Of a stretch of DNA of 32,000 nucleotides, positions 18,868-26,175 are shown piece by piece. The DNA is taken from contig JBAZYK010000004.1 in assembly GCA_041659405.1 (NCBI GenBank), positions 96,852 to 128,851 on the forward strand, read 5' to 3'. The notes below the pieces were generated by a model. The model worked only from the letters and a program-made list of their open reading frames with translations, made no database searches and had not been told where the DNA came from. Source of the stretch: Candidatus Altimarinota bacterium (lineage in GTDB: Bacteria > Patescibacteriota > Gracilibacteria > UBA1369). The translations under genes and the position numbers were made by a program. Each line of letters opens with the position of its first letter. The first letter of the stretch is position 1.

Positions 18868-20158
18868 ACCAGTCGAGATTGATGACTTAAGCAAGAGGTC
18901 AGGGGAGACCGTGCAAATGGAAGGTGCTGTTCACAAGATTAGAAGCTTGGGGAATGTAGCTTTTATCGTTATTCGAACTATAAGGGATAAATTACAGGTT
19001 GTTCTGGATGGTGAATCCATGCAATTACTTTCCGGTTTGAAAGAAGGCGATTTTGTAAAATTCAGTGGCGTTGTGGAAGAAAATCCTAAAGCATATAAAG
19101 GGCAGGAAGTTAGAGCAACAGCCATAGATAAGTTAAGTGGAGCAAAGGATGTATTAGAAGTTAATCTTGGGGCAAAAGAGCTTCCAATGAATCTTGAAAC
19201 AAAATTGGATCGTAGGATTTTAACATTAAGGCATTTGCGTGAAAGAGCGGTTTTCAAACTGCAGGAAGGAGTTGGTGTTGCTTTTCGAGAATATCTTTTG
19301 GATCAGAGATTTACCGAAATACATTCGCCCAAAATAGTTGCAGCAGGAGCTGAAGGAGGAGCCAATATATTTAAACTTGATTATTTTGGACGACCTGCTT
19401 TTCTTGCTCAAAGTCCTCAATTTTATAAACAATTTATGGTTCCTGTGTATGGTAGAGTTTTTGAAGTGGGGCCAGTTTTCCGCGCGGAGAAACATGCGAC
19501 TTCGCGTCATATTAACGAATACACATCATTAGATTTTGAAATGGGTTTTATTGATTCTTTTAGAGATGTTATGTCGATGGAAGTTGGTTTTTTGAAATAT
19601 CTTATAGGGGTTTTGGGGCAGAGGTATGGACATGAACTTGAATTGCTTGGCATAAAACTGCCGGATATTAGTAGTGTCCCAGCTATTAAATTCGCTGATG
19701 CTAAGGAACAAGTAGCAAAAAAATATAACAGAAAATACAGAGATCCTTATGATTTAGAACCAGAAGAAGAAAGATTGATCGGAGACATGGTTAAGCAAGA
19801 AACAGGAAGTGATTTCGTATTTCTAACCCATTACCCTAAGGCCAAACGTCCATTTTACACTATGTCGTCTACTGAAGATCCAAATTATACCGAAAGTTTT
19901 GATCTGCTTTTCAAAGGATTAGAAATTACCACTGGTGGTCAACGAATTCATGATTATGACACACAGGTAGAAGCCTTAAGAGCAAAAGGGTTAAATCCAG
20001 ATGACTTTAAGGATTATCTTGAATTACACAAAAATGGCACTCCTCCTCATGGTGGTTGTGGAATTGGACTTGAGAGGTTAACATTAAAACTTTTAGGAGG
20101 AACCAATGTTAGAGAAGCAACGCTCTTCCCAAGAGATTTGAATCGTCTTACTCCTTAA
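18815..20158 (+). CDS. aspS: Archaeal/nondiscriminating-type aspartyl-tRNA synthetase-like protein (full length)
   Basis: N-terminal OB-fold (VQMEGAVHKIRSLGNVAFIVIRTIRDKLQVVLDG). Class II catalytic motifs: FLAQSPQFYKQFM, motif 2 FRAEKHATSRHINEYTSLDFEMGF, EITTGGQRIHD, and motif 3 GGCGIGLERLTLKLLGGTNVREATLFPRD. Confidence 0.88.
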   Translation: MLEIRDQINLIDDSHITKPVEIDDLSKRSGETVQMEGAVHKIRSLGNVAFIVIRTIRDKLQVVLDGESMQLLSGLKEGDFVKFSGVVEENPKAYKGQEVRATAIDKLSGAKDVLEVNLGAKELPMNLETKLDRRILTLRHLRERAVFKLQEGVGVAFREYLLDQRFTEIHSPKIVAAGAEGGANIFKLDYFGRPAFLAQSPQFYKQFMVPVYGRVFEVGPVFRAEKHATSRHINEYTSLDFEMGFIDSFRDVMSMEVGFLKYLIGVLGQRYGHELELLGIKLPDISSVPAIKFADAKEQVAKKYNRKYRDPYDLEPEEERLIGDMVKQETGSDFVFLTHYPKAKRPFYTMSSTEDPNYTESFDLLFKGLEITTGGQRIHDYDTQVEALRAKGLNPDDFKDYLELHKNGTPPHGGCGIGLERLTLKLLGGTNVREATLFPRDLNRLTP

Positions 20159-20169
20159 AGTGTAAAATT

Positions 20170-20928
20170 ATGTATCGAGAAGGTATTGAAGTGAAAAGGG
20201 ATACAAATGCTGGCATACTCCTCGAATACCCTTCTTGTCTCGAAGTTGTTGAGAAACTCTTTCCTGATAGTTGTGAAAGAATTTATTATCCGAATGACGA
20301 AGATTCTGTTGTTCATGTGAATCGTGAAGGAATAGATGTTGCATTCATTGCAGGACATGGGGCAAGTATCGCAGCGTGCATGGCAGAAAGACTGCGCGTA
20401 TATGGGGCACAAGCATTAGTACGTATTGGAACGTGCGGTGCCCTTTCAAAAACAGTGCGCCTTTGGGAACCGATCATCACTACGGCATGTTTTAGCGACG
20501 AAGGTACTTCGAGACATTATCTTCCCGAAGGATTTCCTATTGTTTCAAATCCAGCATTAAATCTGGCTCTTCGTGAGCATTTTGAAAAAAGCGGGATAAC
20601 TCCGCAAGAAGGCATATCCATTACGACTGACGGAAGATGGCGGGAGGATCCAGGGCTTTTTAAAAAGTTACATGAACTTGGGGTAGTTTCGGTTGAAATG
20701 GAAACTGCAGCCATTCTTGCTGTAGCGCAATATCGAAAACTATTTGGCGCTGCGATTAATATCGCGACAGATTTGCCAGCAGATGTAGAGAGTGAACATG
20801 ATTTTAAGGGGATTCCTGATCGTGAAAACTATGACGAAAATTTTGATAAGAGCTTACGGATAATTATCCCGATAGTTATCGATACGCTTGTTGCCTTTCA
20901 GAGAGTTGTTTTAGCTTCTCATCTATGA
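20170..20928 (+). CDS. Nucleoside phosphorylase (PNP/UDP phosphorylase family)
   Basis: GHGASIAACMAERL, LVRIGTCGAL and GVVSVEMETAAILAVA are signature motifs of the PNP_UDP_1 family. Confidence 0.88.
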   Translation: MYREGIEVKRDTNAGILLEYPSCLEVVEKLFPDSCERIYYPNDEDSVVHVNREGIDVAFIAGHGASIAACMAERLRVYGAQALVRIGTCGALSKTVRLWEPIITTACFSDEGTSRHYLPEGFPIVSNPALNLALREHFEKSGITPQEGISITTDGRWREDPGLFKKLHELGVVSVEMETAAILAVAQYRKLFGAAINIATDLPADVESEHDFKGIPDRENYDENFDKSLRIIIPIVIDTLVAFQRVVLASHL

Positions 20929-21560
20929 AAAGAGAATGGAATAACATTTCTGATGATACTGAGACGATGGTATTTACAACCCCTTTGCCAGATGCGCGAA
21001 TTTTATCGTTAGCGCCGCCTGAGTCTTCAAGTGTGCTTGATATAGGTTGTGGTTATGGTCGTGTCTTAAAACATATGTATGAAATGGGATATCGAGATCT
21101 TACTGGGATTGACGTTTCCGATGGACTTATATTAAGAGCTAAACAATTGTGTCCTGATGCCGTCTATCGCATTCAAGATATTGAGAGTATCCAACTTGAA
21201 CAAAAATATGATCTGATTTTAATCATGGGAGTTATTGAATATATTTTGAGTGATGAAAATCAGAAAGAATTTTTTGGTAAAGTGAGTAGAGCTCTTCGCC
21301 CTAATGGACACGTATTATTAGAAACATTTGTTCTTGACCCTACAAATATATGTCAGTACATGGCTGGACTATTGAAAACAGGCCATTTGGGCAGATTTAC
21401 GAATAACAGTAAGGGATTTGAGTGTCATCATCAATCTTATGCAGTTGTAGATAGACTTGTGTCTGAATTTTTTGAGGTAATAATCCGAACTCGCCAAAAA
21501 TTTTTAACCTGGACTGGCTATGAATGTAACGGGTATTCACTTATTCTTCGGGCTAAATAA
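20925..21560 (+). CDS. Class I SAM-dependent methyltransferase
   Basis: VLDIGCGYGRVLKHM (motif I), GIDVS, YDLILIMGVIEYI, LRPNGHVLLE. ATG overlaps the preceding stop codon (ATGA). Confidence 0.88.
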   Translation: MKREWNNISDDTETMVFTTPLPDARILSLAPPESSSVLDIGCGYGRVLKHMYEMGYRDLTGIDVSDGLILRAKQLCPDAVYRIQDIESIQLEQKYDLILIMGVIEYILSDENQKEFFGKVSRALRPNGHVLLETFVLDPTNICQYMAGLLKTGHLGRFTNNSKGFECHHQSYAVVDRLVSEFFEVIIRTRQKFLTWTGYECNGYSLILRAK

Positions 21561-21565
21561 TTTTT

Positions 21566-21766
21566 GTGATATACTTTCAATATATGATATCTTCGCAACA
21601 CAACTCTTCTCTACGCCAGCTAGAACGTCTAATGCAAGAAAAGGATGAGGAACTGACCCGTCTAGACAATCTTAAAAAAAATGAATTTAGAGATATGCGG
21701 CGATTATCTGAAATAGATATGACGATACAAGAAATAAGGCGTAAAATGATGTTTCACCATGAATAA
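21566..21766 (+). CDS. Small Glu/Lys/Arg-rich predicted coiled-coil protein
   Basis: 66 aa ORF from GTG (alternative ATG at ~21584): LRQLERLMQEKDEELTRLDNLKKNEFRDMRRLSEIDMTIQEIRRKM. It fills the gap between two operon genes and overlaps the next start by 8 nt. Confidence 0.6.
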   Translation: MIYFQYMISSQHNSSLRQLERLMQEKDEELTRLDNLKKNEFRDMRRLSEIDMTIQEIRRKMMFHHE

Positions 21767-22169
21767 ATGTGTTTTTTGCATTATTGCGCGACGCGAAAAA
21801 TCTGCCAACATTGTGTGGGAAGATGATTATGTGATGGCTTTTTTGGATATTGATCCTATTTCAGATGGTCACACCCTTGTGATTCCAAAAAATCATATTC
21901 GCGATGTAAGTGGGCTAGACGAAAAAACAGGCTCTCACGTGATGAGTGTTGCAAAAATTTTAGCATCCGTTATAGAAAAAACTTTTGGATTCGATGGTAT
22001 CGAAATCAGAGCTGTAAGTGGACATTTCCAAGATGTTCCTCATTTTCATTTGCACGTTTTTGGCAGAAATAAGATAAATGACATAAAGATTATATATCCT
22101 AAAGGAATCAATAACTCTCCCGAATATTTGGCTAAAAACGCTAAAAAAATCAAGGATGAATTGAAGTAA
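21759..22169 (+). CDS. HIT-family nucleotide hydrolase/transferase
   Basis: CVFCIIARREKSANIVWEDDYVMAFLDIDPISDGHTLVIPKNH and HIT triad VPHFHLHVFG. Confidence 0.93.
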   Translation: MNKCVFCIIARREKSANIVWEDDYVMAFLDIDPISDGHTLVIPKNHIRDVSGLDEKTGSHVMSVAKILASVIEKTFGFDGIEIRAVSGHFQDVPHFHLHVFGRNKINDIKIIYPKGINNSPEYLAKNAKKIKDELK

Positions 22170-22178
22170 AATTTTACT
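22165..22178. repeat. 14-nt perfect palindrome at the convergent junction
   Basis: AGTAAAATTTTACT overlaps both stop codons of the convergent HIT (+) and PLP (-) genes. Confidence 0.6.
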
Positions 22179-23175
22179 ATACGATCTTTGGTAATTTCTT
22201 TCCATTCCTATAAGAGTCAACTAAATCTGTATAATCTGATTTTTTATTCCCCTGTTTACTTGGACTAAAAGCAGTTAGATATCTGTTTCCAGAATCTGGA
22301 CATAAAACAACTAAATTTTTTCCAGTAAGCCCGTTATCGTCTACAAACTGTTTTGCCGCTGCCACTGCCAATCCGCTAGAGCCTCCAATGTAAATTCCAG
22401 TTTCAGTTATTAGATTTTCTATTTCCATCAATGCTAGTGCATCCCGTACTTCCACTACATTTGCGAGAATATCCAAATTTAAGTTTTTAGGGATGAAATC
22501 TTCACCAACACCTTCTATTGCAGTTACCACGTTTCTACTCTCATTTATTCCATGAAATTTTGTGTAGTAAACTCCTGAATCTGGAGTTACTCCTACAACT
22601 TTCGTAGGAAGATCTTCATCTTTAAAATACTGTGCAACGCCGGAGGCCGTCCCTCCAGTTCCCATAGGACTAAATACATAATCTGCATTTGGAACATTGT
22701 TATGTATTTCAGGGCCGGTCGTTTTTTTATGAGCTTCTGGATTTAAAGGATTATTAAATTGATCTATGAAAATCGAATCACGAGTATTTTGTGCAATGAT
22801 TTCAGCGAAACCTCTAAAACCCAATGGGGATTCTGAATGTACGGATTCATCCACCATAATCAATTCTATTCCGTATCTTTGTAAAAGCTTAACCTTATCA
22901 GGACTAGTTTTGGATGTTATTATTAGCACTAATCTAAATCCATAAATTTTTGAAGCCATAGCCAGTCCAATTGCCAAATTACCACTGCTATATTCAACTA
23001 CTGTTCGTCCGCGTAAACCTATTTTTTTATCTAATGAATTACATACATGAAAAGCAACACGATCTTTTATAGACAAACCTGGATTCGCTCCTTCAAGTTT
23101 TAAATGTAGGCGATTGTCTTTATAAGGTATTTCAACGATTGGAGTATTACCAACCAAATTTTCCGCATTACGCAT
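22177..23175 (-). CDS. PLP-dependent cysteine synthase / cystathionine beta-synthase / SbnA-like enzyme
   Basis: NLVGNTPIVEI, PLP lysine motif GLSIKDRVAF, substrate loop SSGNLAIGLA, phosphate loop GTGGTASG, C-terminal VLCPDSGNRYL. Confidence 0.88.
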   Translation of the reverse strand: MRNAENLVGNTPIVEIPYKDNRLHLKLEGANPGLSIKDRVAFHVCNSLDKKIGLRGRTVVEYSSGNLAIGLAMASKIYGFRLVLIITSKTSPDKVKLLQRYGIELIMVDESVHSESPLGFRGFAEIIAQNTRDSIFIDQFNNPLNPEAHKKTTGPEIHNNVPNADYVFSPMGTGGTASGVAQYFKDEDLPTKVVGVTPDSGVYYTKFHGINESRNVVTAIEGVGEDFIPKNLNLDILANVVEVRDALALMEIENLITETGIYIGGSSGLAVAAAKQFVDDNGLTGKNLVVLCPDSGNRYLTAFSPSKQGNKKSDYTDLVDSYRNGKKLPKIV

Positions 23176-23177
23176 AG

Positions 23178-24647
23178 CTATTTTTTGTTAAAAAAACGTC
23201 TAAAAAGTAAAGAATCTGGGACTTCTAAGCGCGGTCCATCACAAACACGTTGATATATCCAGCCTAAACCATCAACAAATTGCGGAATTTCTCCATGAGA
23301 AGCTATCGTCGGAACCCTGCGTCCAAAATATTGTTCATACGGCATTACTCTATCGTCATCATTTAAATGATCTGCTGGCAAAGCAGAATAATCAACTCCC
23401 AATTTTGCACTCATTTTTTCCCTGTCACCAACAAAATTTAATGACTGATCAGTATTTGAGCTATCAACTGTTTGATATCTACCCGAGTATCTCTGGTCAA
23501 GATATTCTGCAACTTTTGGATTGAAAGGCAGTTCTTTGGAGAAAAGTTGACTTTCTGCAATAACGTCTTTCCCATATTTAGCTACAAGCTTGTCGTATAA
23601 TGGATTTCCAAATAAATAACCTGGTGTATCAATTACTTGAGGCATTTCTCTAAGATACTCGTATCCTTTTAAATGCATTGCAGTACTTGCGAGTTTTATA
23701 CGTTGACATTTGTCGCAATATCCACAATCAGAGGCATTTTCGCTATTCCAGCATGATACGCGAGATTCAAGTGCTGCAAGTCCGAATTTACGTCGTATGT
23801 ATTCAAATACTGAATATGTGCTTAAGGTGGCAAGAGGGTAAGTAAAACTTACCGATGGTCCCAATAATGATTCCAAATACTTTTGATGCAATTCCATTGC
23901 CATCGGACTCTCATAAGGAGCTCTTCTTCGATTTGAATTAAATCCCAAAACATCAAATGAATGACCAATTGCAATGTGTTGAGGAACTCTATCTTCGACG
24001 TTCCATAAAGATGCAAAGTATGTCATTGAAATATCAAATGGCTCATATCTACCATCAAGTCCATTCCTACAAACATCGTGCTCATAAGTAGAATAATCAG
24101 CATTATCAGTAGGGTTCTTCTTATCATAATCAATTTTGTAGTCGCGAAGATCAAACCCGCATGCTTTTAATATTTCAGCTGATACAAAAGAGTCTCTTCC
24201 TCCGCTATTTCCAATTACAATTTGATTTGGAACAGCAGTGACCGGGTCTGGATGTAATTCCGTCAATGTCCTCGCGGTCACAAGTGGTGGACGAGCATCA
24301 TCCAGCGAACCAATGACCCCCGAACTGAGACGGCCGATAAATTCAAAAGATCTAGGATCTAAATCAAAATCTAAATTGATTATCATGGATTGACGAAATT
24401 TGCCAATCATCGCGGCAATAAGTGCAGATTTTATTATTTCAAGACCAACCTCTGTTGGCTTCTCTTTTGCAGTAAATCCAATTACCGATAAAATTTTACT
24501 TTGTATATCACTAGCTCTAAGTACAGCGGAATTTTGTGCGTGTTCAAATTCGCAATTAATTATTGCATCTGAACTGACTTCACTACCTTGTTTATTGGTT
24601 ATACGATTATCGTCGATTAAGTTTACCTGGTCTCTTATTTCTAACAT
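23178..24647 (-). CDS. PP-loop (adenine nucleotide alpha hydrolase) ATPase with QueC-like zinc motif
   Basis: PP-loop IGNSGGRDSFVSAEIL and Cys cluster SCWNSENASDCGYCDKC (C-x8-C-G-x-C-x2-C), resembling the 7-cyano-7-deazaguanine synthase C-terminal site. The long N- and C-terminal parts are unlike QueC. Confidence 0.75.
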   Translation of the reverse strand: MLEIRDQVNLIDDNRITNKQGSEVSSDAIINCEFEHAQNSAVLRASDIQSKILSVIGFTAKEKPTEVGLEIIKSALIAAMIGKFRQSMIINLDFDLDPRSFEFIGRLSSGVIGSLDDARPPLVTARTLTELHPDPVTAVPNQIVIGNSGGRDSFVSAEILKACGFDLRDYKIDYDKKNPTDNADYSTYEHDVCRNGLDGRYEPFDISMTYFASLWNVEDRVPQHIAIGHSFDVLGFNSNRRRAPYESPMAMELHQKYLESLLGPSVSFTYPLATLSTYSVFEYIRRKFGLAALESRVSCWNSENASDCGYCDKCQRIKLASTAMHLKGYEYLREMPQVIDTPGYLFGNPLYDKLVAKYGKDVIAESQLFSKELPFNPKVAEYLDQRYSGRYQTVDSSNTDQSLNFVGDREKMSAKLGVDYSALPADHLNDDDRVMPYEQYFGRRVPTIASHGEIPQFVDGLGWIYQRVCDGPRLEVPDSLLFRRFFNKK

Positions 24648-24730
24648 AAATGGCGCTTGGCGCTTAATGATGAGGAGGGTTATCCTACCAATATCTTTTT
24701 AAAGATGCAAGGCTCTTTTACACAAAAACG
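24595..24730 (-). repeat. Inverted repeat arm 2: promoter + leader + first ~17 codons of the PP-loop gene
   Basis: Reverse complement of 18739-18867 (121/129 identical) with an extra AAGCGCC. Promoter elements TTGCAT (24705-24710) and TAGGAT (24682-24687) are conserved. Confidence 0.93.
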
Positions 24731-25016
24731 GGATCATACGTTTTCCACAGATCAGTAGTTTTTTATTATGCGAACAAAAGTACACAACAACACAATTCTG
24801 GAAGGATTTAGCAAAATTCATTTTGGCTTGCAGGTGCGGACTTTTGACCATTTTCGCCTTCACTGGAAGGAATTCCCCACAATTTTTAGCACTCGTTAGT
24901 GTGCATTTACAAAGAAATTTTCCCGAGTTTTGATTTGAAATTATTTCAAAGAAAAAAGCGTATGACCCCAAAAATATCCTGCGCTGCCTGCACCAGTTGG
25001 TTCTCAAAAAAAACCT

Positions 25017-25034
25017 CTGTAGGTTAGCCTACAG
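25017..25034. repeat. Short hairpin between cluster arm and tRNA-Lys
   Basis: CTGTAGG-TTAG-CCTACAG perfect 7-bp stem. Confidence 0.45.
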
Positions 25035-25114
25035 TTCATCTAAAATATATTCTAGCAGAGTTGTATAATCCCTTCAAAAAACCGAAAATTTTCATTTTAA
25101 CGGTATTGAATCCC

Positions 25115-25190
25115 TGGTGGGCTAGATCGGAATCGAACCGATGACCATCTCCTTAAAAGGGAGCTGCTCTACCGACTGAGCTACTAGCCC
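25115..25190 (-). tRNA. tRNA-Lys(UUU), CCA encoded
   Basis: Minus strand GGGCTAG-TA-GCTC...GAGC-A-GCTCC-CTTTTAA-GGAGA...ATCGG-TTCGATT-CCGAT-CTAGCCC-A-CCA. Cloverleaf closes with anticodon TTT. Confidence 0.96.
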
Positions 25191-25379
25191 GCACGTTTAC
25201 CTTTTTGTTCCGCGCTTTATGCTCTGCGCATTTGCCTCACGCCGCACCTTTTTAAAACTCCACCTTGGCATTCCGGCGAAAAGCTTCCACATTTTAGGGA
25301 TGATAGAAGGTTTTTTCAAGGCCATTTTAAAACTGGCCGCCCGATAATCAAATAACATACGCTTTGCTCAAGACCTAAA

Positions 25380-26051
25380 CTAGGCCTTTTTGTGCATCAT
25401 TCCCCTGACAATAAAAAAGAGTCCCGGAAGGAAAAACCAAAAATTGGCATAATCCAGCATGATTTTTATAAACCTTGAACTGTTATAAACATCGTTCAGT
25501 ACACTTGCGGAAACCGCGCTTACCGCAGCCCCACCTGCCGCAACAGCAACATCCGCCGCAGCTCCACCCGTTGCCGCGACAACATTTGCTCCTCCACTCA
25601 CCAATACGGCTCCGGAACTCACGGTCGGCCCAATTAAAGACGCTCCGGATATAAAAACCAAAACGGCACTTATCATCAATCCTCCACTTAAAACTCCCAA
25701 TGTAATCAATTCCGCAAACCGCGCGGACGGAGGGCCATCCACGATCGCTTCAACTTGAAAAAGTCCTCTTACCGCAATCAAAACAACCAAAACCAGCAGA
25801 ATCAAAACTTTAAAGTATGCCACCGCCTGCTGCTCGCTTCCAATCGATAAAAAAGATAAAACCTTCAAAAAACCCTTTAATCCAACAACATACTTGTCAA
25901 AAACATTGCCCAATCCATCCGCACAAAGTATTGCTACATAAGTTCCCAGAATGACTTTTAATGTTTGATTACGGCCTATTATAAAGCTATAGGCTATAAC
26001 CACCGCGAAAAACACAAGTATAAAAAGGTCCCAGGAGAGATGTAAATTCAT
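25380..26051 (-). CDS. Multi-pass membrane protein (CvpA-like?) with Gly/Ala/Ser/Val low-complexity loop
   Basis: Several hydrophobic helices. Low-complexity insert GPTVSSGAVLVSGGANVVAATGGAAADVAVAAGGAAVSAVSASV. Confidence 0.65.
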   Translation of the reverse strand: MNLHLSWDLFILVFFAVVIAYSFIIGRNQTLKVILGTYVAILCADGLGNVFDKYVVGLKGFLKVLSFLSIGSEQQAVAYFKVLILLVLVVLIAVRGLFQVEAIVDGPPSARFAELITLGVLSGGLMISAVLVFISGASLIGPTVSSGAVLVSGGANVVAATGGAAADVAVAAGGAAVSAVSASVLNDVYNSSRFIKIMLDYANFWFFLPGLFFIVRGMMHKKA

Positions 26052-26175
26052 GAAAAATAAACAAAAATCAACTGGAAGTAATTATAATGGAATTCCCAAT
26101 ATAAGAAAAGAAAATTTTCATTCTGATTTTTATTTCAGTTTTCGCAGTTGAAGTTGATCCCATTTTTTGCACTTT

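Noticed and set aside
18931-19711. ORFs inside the AspRS-like gene
   Set aside because: Alternate frames of a well-supported CDS.
24699-25007. 102-aa - strand ORF upstream of the PP-loop gene
   Set aside because: It overlaps the promoter arm and the outer repeat block and has a Cys/Phe/Lys-rich, non-protein-like composition. Kept as non-coding.
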